Shown piece after piece: positions 26,437-36,221 of a stretch of DNA of 64,000 nt; the stretch's first letter is position 1; each line of letters begins with the position of its first letter. Both the position numbers and the translations under genes were made by a program. The notes beneath the pieces were generated by a model. That model made no database searches. It was not told the origin of the DNA and was given only the letters and a program-made list of their open reading frames with translations. The DNA lies in the NCBI GenBank assembly GCA_934101625.1, contig CAKORV010000002.1, positions 3,503 through 67,502 of the forward strand, read 5' to 3'. This DNA is from an uncultured Bacilli bacterium (GTDB taxonomy: Bacteria > Bacillota_I > Bacilli_A > RF39 > UBA660).

Positions 26437-28056
26437 ATGGAAAAGTTTTTAGTTTTTGGACATGTAAATCCTGATACTGATTCAGTAACTGCATCAATTA
26501 CGCTTGCTAATTTAAAGAGAAAGTTAGGTATTAATGCTGAAGAAAGAGTTTTAGGAAATATTAATAAAGAAACGAGATATGTTTTAGATTATTTTAAAGT
26601 AAAGGAACCTAGATATTTAAATGATACTAAATTAAGAATAAAAGATATGGAGTATAGAAAGAATTGCTTTATTAATGAAAATTCTTCAATTGAAGAGACA
26701 TATAAGTTTATGTTGGATAAGAATACAACTGGTGTTCCAATTATTGATAAAAATAAAAGATTTATAAATTTAGTAACAGCTAAAGATATATTAAAAAAAT
26801 CTATATATACTGATGATACATCTTTATATACTAGTTATGATAATTTGTTAAAAACATTAAATGGTGAGGAAATAGTAAGAGTAGATGATGAAATTAGAGG
26901 TAATATAGTTGCGGCTGCTTTTGCGCACTCTACATTTGAAAATAATATAACTTTAACAAGCGATGATATTATTATTGTTGGAGATAGACATTATATAATT
27001 GACTTAGCAATAAAATCAAAAATCAAATTACTTATTATAATAGGTGGTAATGAAATAAAAAAAGAACATATTAAACTTGCAAAGAAGAATAAAATTAACA
27101 TTATAAAAACTAACTTGAATACTTTTGAAACATCTAGAATTATATTAAATAGTAATTATATTAAGAAATTATGTGATAAAGATAATTCATATGTTATACA
27201 TGAAAAGGATAGTTATGATGATTTTATGGATATGAGTAAAAATTTATTGGTTGATAATTATCCAGTTGTAGATAAAAATGGTATATGTAAAGGTTTACTT
27301 AGAAAAAGTGAATTGCCTAAAAGTAATAAAAGAAAAGTTATTTTGGTTGATCATAATGAAATCGAGCAAAGTGCTATTGGATTAGAAGAAGCAGAAATAG
27401 TGGAAATAGTTGATCATCATAAGATTGGAAGAGTAAGTACTAGGATGCCAATTAATTTTAGGAATATGACTGTTGGTAGTACTAATACTATAATTTATCA
27501 AATGTATAAAGAAAATAAAATTAAGATTAGTAAAGAAATGGCTGGTTTGATGATAAGTGGTATTTTAAGTGACACATTAATTTTGAAAAGTCCTACTACA
27601 ACTATGTTAGATGAACTTGCTGTTAAAGAATTAAACAAAATATGTAAACTTAAAATTAATGAATATGGAATTAATATGTTTAAAGCAGGTACTAGCTTGG
27701 AAGGAATGGGTATTTCTGATATATTAAATCAAGATTCTAAATCATTTAAGAATAATGATGTTACATTTATGGTTAGTCAAATATTTACTTTAGATGTTGA
27801 TGAAATTTTAAATAATAAAGATGAATATTTGAAAGTAATAGAAGAATATAAACTAGAAAATAGAATGAATGCATATATTTTTATTGTTACCGATATTATT
27901 AAAAATGGTAGTTATATAATGTATGATAATGAAAGTGAGGATGCAGTTAAAAAAGCATTTAATTTAAAGAAAGTTTATGAAGGGGTTTTTGTTAAAAATA
28001 TAGTTTCAAGAAAGAAACAAGTTGTACCTGTATTAATAGATGCACTAGATAAATAG
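26437..28056 (+). CDS. CBS-domain-containing family II inorganic pyrophosphatase (DHH–CBS pair–DRTGG–DHHA2)
   Basis: DHH N-terminus 'VFGHVNPDTDSVTASI', 'DHHKIG', DHHA2 'SDTLILKSPTTT', and a ~250-aa CBS-containing insert. The start is assigned to MEKF, which has a GGAAAGAAGGAA RBS. Confidence 0.85.
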   Translation: MEKFLVFGHVNPDTDSVTASITLANLKRKLGINAEERVLGNINKETRYVLDYFKVKEPRYLNDTKLRIKDMEYRKNCFINENSSIEETYKFMLDKNTTGVPIIDKNKRFINLVTAKDILKKSIYTDDTSLYTSYDNLLKTLNGEEIVRVDDEIRGNIVAAAFAHSTFENNITLTSDDIIIVGDRHYIIDLAIKSKIKLLIIIGGNEIKKEHIKLAKKNKINIIKTNLNTFETSRIILNSNYIKKLCDKDNSYVIHEKDSYDDFMDMSKNLLVDNYPVVDKNGICKGLLRKSELPKSNKRKVILVDHNEIEQSAIGLEEAEIVEIVDHHKIGRVSTRMPINFRNMTVGSTNTIIYQMYKENKIKISKEMAGLMISGILSDTLILKSPTTTMLDELAVKELNKICKLKINEYGINMFKAGTSLEGMGISDILNQDSKSFKNNDVTFMVSQIFTLDVDEILNNKDEYLKVIEEYKLENRMNAYIFIVTDIIKNGSYIMYDNESEDAVKKAFNLKKVYEGVFVKNIVSRKKQVVPVLIDALDK

Positions 28057-28126
28057 TGTGTCTATTTTCTTTTACAAATATATATTTAAATGATATAATG
28101 TAGGTGGTTGGTTAGAGAGGTATTTT

Positions 28127-29878
28127 ATGAATAGAAGTATTTGGAAGAATTTAAAATCTACATATAAATATGCAAAGAAGGGTAAAAAATATTTAGGATT
28201 TTTTTTAATAGGAAATATTCTTATAACTATTTTTTCTATAATTGTTCCTTTAATAGTTGCTAGGAGATTAATATTATTAACTAGTGGTTTATTTCAAAAA
28301 TTATTGATTGTTTCTTTTGCAATATTTTTATGTGAAATAATAATCAATGTAATAGTTTATTTTACAAATTACGTTTATAATATGTTTTATTATGATGTTC
28401 ATAAAAACTTACAAATAGAGTTAATTAGGGAAACTTTGAAGATAACACAAAATGATTTAAATACACATTCATCTGGAGTTTTTATAGAAAGAATAAATAA
28501 TGATACAAATAATGTAACTGAAATATTTACGGAAACTATTGATTATTTAATTAAAATAGTGGGTAATATAGGTATTTTAGTTAGTATTTGTTTTATTAAT
28601 ATTTATTTAGGTTTAGTTTATATTATATATATTATAGTAATTGTATTTTATAATAAATATTCTAGTAATATTAATTATAAAAATCGAGATAAGTGGAAAG
28701 ATAGTATGGAAAAGATTGAAGGGTTTTCTTCTGAAATAGTGAGAGGTGCTAAGGATATAAAAATACTTAATGCTGAAGAATCTTTTTTAGATAGGGCTAA
28801 AGTATATATGAGTGAAACTAATGATATTGATTATAAATTTCAATGTGATAAATATAAATTAAGATTATTAGGTAATTCTATAAAAGATGGTTATGATTTA
28901 TTAATAGCAGTTATTATATATGTTTTACTTGTTTCTAATATGATATCAGTGGAATATGTTTTAATTATTTATAGTTATCATAATAAGGTTAAGAATGCTG
29001 CAAATGATATAGAATATCTTATAGAAACGTTAAAACAATTTAATTTAGCTGCTAATCGCATATTTGGAATATTAGAAGGTAATGAGTTTTCAAAAGAATG
29101 TTTTGGTTCTGGAAGACTTAAAAAAATGGAAGGAAATATAGAGTTTAAAAATGTTTGTTTTCAGTATGAGGATAATGTACCAATATTAAAAAATATGAAT
29201 TTTAAAATAAATGCTAATGAAGTAGTTGGATTTGTTGGACCTTCTGGTGGTGGTAAGAGTACAATATTTAATTTAATAAGTGCTTTATATAGACCGAGTA
29301 AAGGAATTATTACTTTTGATGATATAGATATTAATACTTTGGATAAATCTAGCATACGTGGTAATTTGTCTGTTATTAGTCAAAATGCATATATTTTTAA
29401 TATGAGTATTATGGATAATTTAAAGGTTGTTAAGAAAGGTGCTAAAGAAAAAGAAATTAAAGAAGCATGTCGTTTAGCATGTCTTGATGAGTTTATAGAA
29501 AGTTTACCAAATAAGTATGATACTATAGTAGGTGAAGGTGGTGTGACTTTATCTGGTGGTCAAAGACAGAGGTTGGCGATTGCTAGAGCATTATTATTAA
29601 AAACAGAAGTATTACTTTTTGATGAAGCAACAAGTGCTTTAGATAATGAAACACAAACCAAGATTCAAGATGCAATAAATAATTTAAAGGGAGAATATAC
29701 AATTTTAATTATTGCACATAGATTATCAACTATAATAGATGCTAATAAAATATTTGTAATTAATGATGGAAAAGTTGAAGCAGTTGGAAAGCATGATGAA
29801 TTGTTAAAAATAAGTAAAACATATCAAAAGTTGTATAAAAAAGAAATAAGTAAAAAAGATGATGACAAATTTGCTTGA
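28127..29878 (+). CDS. ABC exporter, fused 6-TM permease and ATPase (ABCB/MsbA-type)
   Basis: N-terminal TM domain. Walker A 'GPSGGGKST', 'LSGGQRQRLAIARA', Walker B 'LLFDEATSALD', H-loop 'IIAHRL'. Confidence 0.88.
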   Translation: MNRSIWKNLKSTYKYAKKGKKYLGFFLIGNILITIFSIIVPLIVARRLILLTSGLFQKLLIVSFAIFLCEIIINVIVYFTNYVYNMFYYDVHKNLQIELIRETLKITQNDLNTHSSGVFIERINNDTNNVTEIFTETIDYLIKIVGNIGILVSICFINIYLGLVYIIYIIVIVFYNKYSSNINYKNRDKWKDSMEKIEGFSSEIVRGAKDIKILNAEESFLDRAKVYMSETNDIDYKFQCDKYKLRLLGNSIKDGYDLLIAVIIYVLLVSNMISVEYVLIIYSYHNKVKNAANDIEYLIETLKQFNLAANRIFGILEGNEFSKECFGSGRLKKMEGNIEFKNVCFQYEDNVPILKNMNFKINANEVVGFVGPSGGGKSTIFNLISALYRPSKGIITFDDIDINTLDKSSIRGNLSVISQNAYIFNMSIMDNLKVVKKGAKEKEIKEACRLACLDEFIESLPNKYDTIVGEGGVTLSGGQRQRLAIARALLLKTEVLLFDEATSALDNETQTKIQDAINNLKGEYTILIIAHRLSTIIDANKIFVINDGKVEAVGKHDELLKISKTYQKLYKKEISKKDDDKFA

Positions 29879-29989
29879 TTTTTAGAAATTTATGTACTAT
29901 AATGTACTTGAAGTTTTATCTTAGTTTAAGACATCTCCAGTTCTTCTACTCAGATTAAACGGATAAATTGATGAAAGGAGAAAATAAAA

Positions 29990-30259
29990 ATGGCTTTAGC
30001 AAAATCAAGAAAAGAAGAATTAGTTAAAGAATTTGGAAGAGGAAATAATGATACTGGTAGTGTTGAAGTTCAAGTTGCAATCTTAACTGAAGAAATTAAA
30101 GAATTAACTGAACACTTAAAAGAACATAAACATGATTTCCATTCTAAAAGAGGTCTTTTACAAAAAGTTGGTAAAAGAAAGAGTTTACTTGAATATTTAA
30201 AGAGAACAGATGTAGTTAGATATCGTAAACTTATAGAAAAATTAGGATTAAGAAAGTAG
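29990..30259 (+). CDS. rpsO: 30S ribosomal protein S15
   Basis: 89 aa with '[16 protein letters not shown]...[16 protein letters not shown]' and a terminator-like hairpin after the stop. Confidence 0.95.
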   Translation: MALAKSRKEELVKEFGRGNNDTGSVEVQVAILTEEIKELTEHLKEHKHDFHSKRGLLQKVGKRKSLLEYLKRTDVVRYRKLIEKLGLRK

Positions 30260-30310
30260 GCACTTGTTTTAAGTGTCTTTTTTTCTGGATATTTAGGAAG
30301 AGAGGTAGTT

Positions 30311-32458
30311 ATGAAGAGAGTTTTTGAATATGAATTTTTAGGAAAAAAATTAATAGTAGAAACTGGAGAACTTGCTAAACAGGCTAGTGGGGCTGTTTTA
30401 GTTAGATATGAAGATACTGTAATATTAAGTACAGCTGTTATGAGTAATAATGTTAGTACTGCAGATTTTTTCCCACTTACAATACTTTATCAAGAAAAGT
30501 TATATTCTGTAGGTAAAATTCCTGGAGGGTTTATTAAAAGAGAAGGTCGTCCTACTGATGCAGCAACTTTAACTGCTAGGGTAATTGATAGACCTATTAG
30601 ACCTATGTTTGATGAGAACTTTAGAAATGAAGTACAAGTTGTTAATACTGTTTTAAGTGTAGATAATGATTATACACCTGAAATGACTGCTTTATTTGGT
30701 TCAAGTTTAGCATTAGGTATTAGTAATATTCCATTTGATGGACCAGTAAGTGGAGTTATAGTTGGTAAGATTGATGGAGAATTAAAGATTAATCCTACAG
30801 TAGAAGAGATGGAAAGAAGTACAATTAATCTTACAGTAGCAGGTACTAAAAAAGCTATAAATATGGTTGAATCAGGTAGTAAAGAAGTATCTGAAGAAGA
30901 AATGTTGGAAGCTTTGATGTTTGGACATGAATATATTAAAGAATTATGTTTAATACAAGAAGATATTATTAATGAAGTAGGTGTACCTAAAATTGAAGTA
31001 GAGCTTGCTAAGTTAGATGAAAATATAGTTAGAGAAGTAGAAGAAGATATTAAAGATGATATGTGTTCTGCTATACAGATTAAAGATAAGTTAGAAAAGT
31101 ATGCTAAGATTGATGAAGTTAAAGAAAGAGCAGTAACTGATTATGAAGAAAAACATAAAGATAGTGAAACTTTAGAAGAAGAATTAAAACAAGTTAAGAA
31201 GATAGCAGATAATATAGAAGGAAATGAAGTAAGAAGATTAATTACTCAAGAAAAAGTAAGACCAGATGGAAGAGGTATGACTGAGATTAGACCACTTTCA
31301 ACTGATAAGGATTTACTTCCTAGAACTCATGGTAGTGCATTATTTACTCGTGGACAAACTCAAGCTCTTGCGATTACTACATTGGGTGCTTTAGGTGAAA
31401 ATCAAATATTAGATGGAATTAGTGTTGAGGATACTAAGAGATTTATGTTCCATTATAATTTTCCTGCATTTAGTGTTGGTGAAACTGGTAGATATGGTGC
31501 TCCAGGTAGACGCGAAATTGGACATGGTGCTTTAGCCGAAAGAGCATTATTACAAGTAATGCCAAGTGAAGAGGAATTTCCTTATACTGTTAGAGTAGTA
31601 AGTGAAGTATTAGAAAGTAATGGTTCAAGTAGTCAGGCTAGTATTTGTGCTGGATGTATGAGTTTAATGGCTGCAGGTGTTCCAATTACTGCTCCAGTTG
31701 CGGGTATTGCTATGGGACTTATTACTGAAGATGGAACATGTGATTCTAATTATACAATATTAACTGATATTCAAGGATTAGAAGATCATATGGGAGATAT
31801 GGATTTTAAAGTAGCTGGTACAAGAAAAGGTATTACTGCTTTACAAATGGATATTAAGATTAAAGGAATTAATGAGTCTGTATTTAGAGAAGCATTAGCG
31901 CAAGCTAAGACTGCAAGATTTGAAATATTAGATGTAATGGAGAAAGAAATAGCTGAACCAAGAAAAGAATTAAGTAAGTATGCTCCAAAGACTAGAATAA
32001 TGATGATTAATCCAGAAAAGATTAAAGATGTTATTGGTCGTGGTGGAGAAATGATCACTAAGATTATTTTAGAAAGTTCTAATGTTAAAACAGTAAGTGA
32101 TAAAGATGCTGTTAAAATTGATATTACAGATGATGGAAGAGTTGTTGCATATCATACAAGTAGTGAAGTATTAGATAAAGCTATGTCTATGATTGAACAA
32201 ATAGTAAGAGAAGTAGAAATTGGTAAAACTTATACAGGTAAAGTAATTAATGTAGAAGATTTTGGTTGTTTTGTAGAACTATGGCCTGGATGTGAAGGAC
32301 TTGTTCATGTAAGTCAATTAGATACTAAGAGAGTAGAAAAGCCAAGTGATGTTGTAAAAGTTGGAGATGAGATTGTCGTTAAAGCAACTGGTTATGATAA
32401 ACGAGGTAAATTAAATCTGTCAAGAAAAGAAGTTTTGATGCCTAAAAAGGAAGATTAA
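30311..32458 (+). CDS. pnp: Polynucleotide phosphorylase
   Basis: Two RNase PH domains with KH and S1 domains, 715 aa, immediately after rpsO. Confidence 0.95.
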   Translation: MKRVFEYEFLGKKLIVETGELAKQASGAVLVRYEDTVILSTAVMSNNVSTADFFPLTILYQEKLYSVGKIPGGFIKREGRPTDAATLTARVIDRPIRPMFDENFRNEVQVVNTVLSVDNDYTPEMTALFGSSLALGISNIPFDGPVSGVIVGKIDGELKINPTVEEMERSTINLTVAGTKKAINMVESGSKEVSEEEMLEALMFGHEYIKELCLIQEDIINEVGVPKIEVELAKLDENIVREVEEDIKDDMCSAIQIKDKLEKYAKIDEVKERAVTDYEEKHKDSETLEEELKQVKKIADNIEGNEVRRLITQEKVRPDGRGMTEIRPLSTDKDLLPRTHGSALFTRGQTQALAITTLGALGENQILDGISVEDTKRFMFHYNFPAFSVGETGRYGAPGRREIGHGALAERALLQVMPSEEEFPYTVRVVSEVLESNGSSSQASICAGCMSLMAAGVPITAPVAGIAMGLITEDGTCDSNYTILTDIQGLEDHMGDMDFKVAGTRKGITALQMDIKIKGINESVFREALAQAKTARFEILDVMEKEIAEPRKELSKYAPKTRIMMINPEKIKDVIGRGGEMITKIILESSNVKTVSDKDAVKIDITDDGRVVAYHTSSEVLDKAMSMIEQIVREVEIGKTYTGKVINVEDFGCFVELWPGCEGLVHVSQLDTKRVEKPSDVVKVGDEIVVKATGYDKRGKLNLSRKEVLMPKKED

Positions 32459-32508
32459 ACTTCTTTCTTTTGATATAATAAAAATGAAGATAGGAAAGGT
32501 GGTAAAAT

Positions 32509-32883
32509 ATGTATGATTTTGAAAACTATACATTAGAAGATATGTATGTGAAAGGAAGAGATGATGCATTTCTATATAAAGGGAATGCTACACAAAGTAT
32601 TATTGAGTACTTAAGTTTTGTAGAAAAACCTGGATTGATAAAAGCTAAAATGGCAAATTATGTTATGGGGTATAAACTAGGAATAATAGAACTTAATTAT
32701 AAGAGTATGGGATTTCCAGTAGAATTTGATAGAAAAGAATTAAAATTATATGTTATAAGTAAGAAGAAAAAGATAGAGGTTTTAACTCCTGAACTTAAAG
32801 AGGCTTTAAGAACTTTGTCTTTAGATATAGCTAATCAAGAAGTAGAAAGTGTGATGAAAAATGATAAACGTTGTGCTATTTGA
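32509..32883 (+). CDS. Hypothetical protein (124 aa)
   Basis: ORF with an AAAGGTGG RBS. Its stop overlaps the trmL start. Confidence 0.5.
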   Translation: MYDFENYTLEDMYVKGRDDAFLYKGNATQSIIEYLSFVEKPGLIKAKMANYVMGYKLGIIELNYKSMGFPVEFDRKELKLYVISKKKKIEVLTPELKEALRTLSLDIANQEVESVMKNDKRCAI

Positions 32884-33367
32884 ACCTGAAATACCTGCAA
32901 ATACTGGAAATATTATGAGAACTTGTGTAGCAACAAATTCTATTCTTCATTTAATTAAACCTTTGGGATTTAGTTTGGAAGATAAATATATCAAAAGATG
33001 TGGTGTAAATTATATAGATAAGTGTAAATACTTTGTTTATGAAAATATAGATGAATTTTTTGAAAAGAATAATGGAGAATATTACTTTTTTACTAGATAT
33101 GGACATAAGCCACATACTAGTTTTGATTATTCTAATGATAAGAATATTTATTTATTCTTTGGTAAAGAAAGTACTGGTATTCCTCCATCTATTTTAAAGC
33201 CATATTTAGATAGATGTATAAGAATACCTATGACTGATAATGTAAGAGCACTTAATTTATCTAATACTGTATGTGTGGCGGTTTATGAAGTTTTAAGACA
33301 AAAAAATTATGAAGGATTATTATTTGATGAACCTTTTAAAGGTACTGATTTTATAGAAAATAGTTAA
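32861..33367 (+). CDS. trmL: tRNA (cytidine/uridine-2'-O)-methyltransferase TrmL (SpoU/TrmH family)
   Basis: 'VVLFEPEIPANTGNIMRTCVATNSILHLIKPLGF' matches the TrmL N-terminus. Confidence 0.85.
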   Translation: MINVVLFEPEIPANTGNIMRTCVATNSILHLIKPLGFSLEDKYIKRCGVNYIDKCKYFVYENIDEFFEKNNGEYYFFTRYGHKPHTSFDYSNDKNIYLFFGKESTGIPPSILKPYLDRCIRIPMTDNVRALNLSNTVCVAVYEVLRQKNYEGLLFDEPFKGTDFIENS

Positions 33368-33377
33368 AAAGTGAGAA

Positions 33378-33436
33378 ATTCGTACAAAATGTACGAATTT
33401 TACTATATTTTTCGTGCATTTTGTACGAAAATGTGA
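33378..33436. repeat. Two tandem palindromes sharing the core TCGTACA-N3-TGTACGA
   Basis: AATTCGTACAAAATGTACGAATT is a perfect palindrome. TTTTCGTGCATTTTGTACGAAAA matches with 1 mismatch. They are spaced ~36 bp centre to centre. Confidence 0.5.
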
Positions 33437-33803
33437 TTTAACTAAGAAGAATGAATCTCCAATGAAAGCATTTATTAATGAAGATAAGTTTAAATTATAT
33501 CTGAGTAAGATAAGATTGAAATGTATAAATGTGTGCTTACAGAAAATTATGTTGCTTGTGAATTTTAGTGAGCTATTTTATTATAACTTTAAGAAATATG
33601 AAATAGATTTTTTAATAAAAATAGATGGTAATATTATTCCAGTAGAAGTTAAAAGTGGTAGAAGAAAAAATAGTAGAAGTTTAAATGAATATATAGAAAA
33701 GTATAAACTATTTTATAGTATAAGACTATCAACGAAAAACTTTGGATTTGAAAATAATATTAAGTCAGTTCCTTTATATGCAATATTTTGTATAAAAAAA
33801 TAA
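33414..33803 (+). pseudogene. C-terminal remnant of an AAA-ATPase/DUF4143-family gene
   Basis: 'EIDFLIKIDGNIIPVEVKSGRR' is the typical C-terminal DUF4143 block. The N-terminal AAA region, normally ~250 aa, is absent. Confidence 0.45.
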
Positions 33804-33823
33804 TCAGGACTCTAAAATCTTGA

Positions 33824-34087
33824 TTATTTTTCATTTAAAACACTTTCATCAAAGAAGTCATCAATTGGTTTTTCTAATACTAGTGCAACTCTCCATAAAG
33901 TTTCTACCGAAAAACCTCTTTTTCCTTCTTCACTTTCTATTCTTCTAATAAATTCAAAACTTCTATCGGTATATAATGCTAACTCTTCTTGAGTATAACC
34001 TTTTTCTTTTCTAAATTTTCTCATGTTTAATGCTATAATTTTTTTAATATTTTTATTAAAGTCATATTCTTTAAATTTGTAAACCAT
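33824..34087 (-). CDS. XRE-family HTH transcriptional regulator (paralogue of 25187..25456)
   Basis: 'KGYTQEELALYTDRSFEFIRRIESEEGKRGFSVETLWRVALVLE' is ~55% identical to the other copy. The start is assigned to MVYKF, which has a GGTGA RBS. Confidence 0.75.
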   Translation of the reverse strand: MVYKFKEYDFNKNIKKIIALNMRKFRKEKGYTQEELALYTDRSFEFIRRIESEEGKRGFSVETLWRVALVLEKPIDDFFDESVLNEK

Positions 34088-34240
34088 AGGCATCACCATA
34101 CTAATTTTATAATAAAAGAATTAAAAATTATGTAGTCTGGTGTGACCAGTTTAACTTTTTTTAATAAATTAAAATACTATTTTGTAATACTTTTTTACTT
34201 ATATCATATAGTTTTAATGTAAAATAAAGGAGAAAAAAAT

Positions 34241-35719
34241 ATGGATAAAAAAGAGATACTTGGAAGTATATCCAAGAAAGGTAATGGAGAAATTTATTTG
34301 GGCGTAGTTGGAGCTGTTAGAACTGGTAAATCTACATTTATAAAAAAGGTTATTGAGACTTTAGTAGTACCCAATATAACTGATGAATATGAAAAAAAGA
34401 GATGCTTAGATGAAATACCACAAACTGCTCAGGGTAAACAGATAATGACAATTGAACCTAAATTTGTACCTTCATCTAAGACTGAAATTAAAATAGATGA
34501 AATGACTACAAGCATAAAGTTAATTGATTGTGTTGGATTTATTACACCAGAAAGTCAAGGTTATATGACTGATGATGGAAAAATGCGTATGGTTAAAACA
34601 CCTTGGTTTAGTGAAGAATTAAGTTTTACTGAAGCGGCTACTATAGGTACTGAGAAAGTTATTAAAGACCATAGTACAATTGGTATAGTAGTGACTACTG
34701 ATGGTTCTATTGGAGAAATGAGTAGAAATAATTATGTTGAAGCAGAAGATAAAGTTATTAATGAACTTAAAAATATTAATAAACCTTTTATAGTAATAAT
34801 GAATACTACTCATCCAAATGATCCTGAAACACTTAGAATATGTGATGAATTAAAGAATACTCATAATGTACCTGTAATGCCTATAAGTATTATTGATATG
34901 AGAGAAGAAGATATACTTAAAATATTAAAAGAGGCTTTATATGAATTTCCTGTAGTGGATATAGAAGTAAATATTCCTGATTGGGTAACTGTTTTAAGTA
35001 AAGATAATGAAATTAAAAAGACATTTATAGATGCGATGAAGAGTAGTATACATGATGTTGATAAGTTAAGAGATATAGAAAAGATAAATTTAAATTTTGA
35101 AGAGAATGATTATATAAGTAATGCATATATATCTAATTTAGATACTGCGAATGGAAATGTTACTATTAATTTAGAAGCTCCAAATGAATTATATGATCAA
35201 GTACTAAAAGATATTATGGGAGTGAGTATAAATAGTAAAGCAGAACTTTTAAGAGTTTTCCAAGATTTTAAGGAAGGTAAGAGTGAGTATGAAAGTATTA
35301 AATCTGCTCTTAAACAAGCATATACAACTGGTTATGGTATAGCTTATCCAACAGTTAATGATATGAAACTTGATACACCTGAAGTTATTAAACAAAATGG
35401 AAGGTATGGGGTTAAACTTAAGGCTAAGGCTACAAGTATACATTTAATAAAAGTAGATGTAGAAAGTACATTTGAACCTATTATAGGAACTGAGATGCAA
35501 AGTAAAGAATTAATAGATTCATTAATGAAAGGACAAGAAGATAATCCTAATAATATTTGGAAGAGTGAATTGTTTGGAAGAAGTTTAGAAGTAATAGTGG
35601 GTGAAGGAATTCAATCTAAACTTAATATGGTACCAGAAAATGTAAGATTTAAATTAAGTCAAACAATAACTAAGATTGTTAATAAAGGTAGTGGAAACTT
35701 AATTGCTATAGTTATATAG
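34241..35719 (+). CDS. spoIVA: Stage IV sporulation protein A (spore-coat morphogenetic ATPase)
   Basis: 'IYLGVVGAVRTGKSTFIKK' Walker A, 492 aa length and overall SpoIVA layout. Confidence 0.9.
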   Translation: MDKKEILGSISKKGNGEIYLGVVGAVRTGKSTFIKKVIETLVVPNITDEYEKKRCLDEIPQTAQGKQIMTIEPKFVPSSKTEIKIDEMTTSIKLIDCVGFITPESQGYMTDDGKMRMVKTPWFSEELSFTEAATIGTEKVIKDHSTIGIVVTTDGSIGEMSRNNYVEAEDKVINELKNINKPFIVIMNTTHPNDPETLRICDELKNTHNVPVMPISIIDMREEDILKILKEALYEFPVVDIEVNIPDWVTVLSKDNEIKKTFIDAMKSSIHDVDKLRDIEKINLNFEENDYISNAYISNLDTANGNVTINLEAPNELYDQVLKDIMGVSINSKAELLRVFQDFKEGKSEYESIKSALKQAYTTGYGIAYPTVNDMKLDTPEVIKQNGRYGVKLKAKATSIHLIKVDVESTFEPIIGTEMQSKELIDSLMKGQEDNPNNIWKSELFGRSLEVIVGEGIQSKLNMVPENVRFKLSQTITKIVNKGSGNLIAIVI

Positions 35720-35868
35720 CAATTTTTGTATTAAAGAAAATACTAAATTAAAAATAATGTGTAAAATTCATGTAAAATTATAAAAAAAACTTTGAATTAT
35801 TTCTTGTATATAGTACAATTTAAATGTAAGCAGAATAGCTTAAAAAATAAATGACGGAGGTAAATACA

Positions 35869-36141
35869 ATGAGTAAAACTGAATTAGTTGAATTCATCGC
35901 TAGTGAAACTGGCCTAACTAAAGCTGATGCTGGAAGAGCATTAGATGCAACTTTAAAAGGAATTGAGAAAGGTTTAAAAGAAGATGGAAAAGTAACTTTC
36001 GTAGGTTTTGGTACTTTCAGTGCTAAAAAGAGAGCTGCTAGAGAAGGAATTAATCCTTTAACTAAACAACCTTTAAAAGTACCTGCTAAAGTAGTAGCAA
36101 GTTTTAAAGCTGGAAGCAAATTAAAAGATGCTTTAAACTAA
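35869..36141 (+). CDS. hup: DNA-binding protein HU
   Basis: 'MSKTELVEFIA...GFGTFSAKKRAAREGINPLT' with a GGAGG RBS. The ORF track start at 35851 is too far upstream. Confidence 0.95.
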   Translation: MSKTELVEFIASETGLTKADAGRALDATLKGIEKGLKEDGKVTFVGFGTFSAKKRAAREGINPLTKQPLKVPAKVVASFKAGSKLKDALN

Positions 36142-36165
36142 AAGCCTAACGGCTTTTTTCTTTTT
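36142..36165 (+). terminator. Rho-independent terminator after hup
   Basis: AAGCC-taac-GGCTT plus TTTTT. Confidence 0.6.
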
Positions 36166-36221
36166 ATATAAGTAGACATTCTTGTCGAATTTTAGTATAA
36201 TTATCTCATGAGGTAATTAAG

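Noticed and set aside
35820-36119. 99-aa minus-strand ORF opposite hup
   Set aside because: hup on the plus strand is unambiguous; the antisense frame is an artefact.
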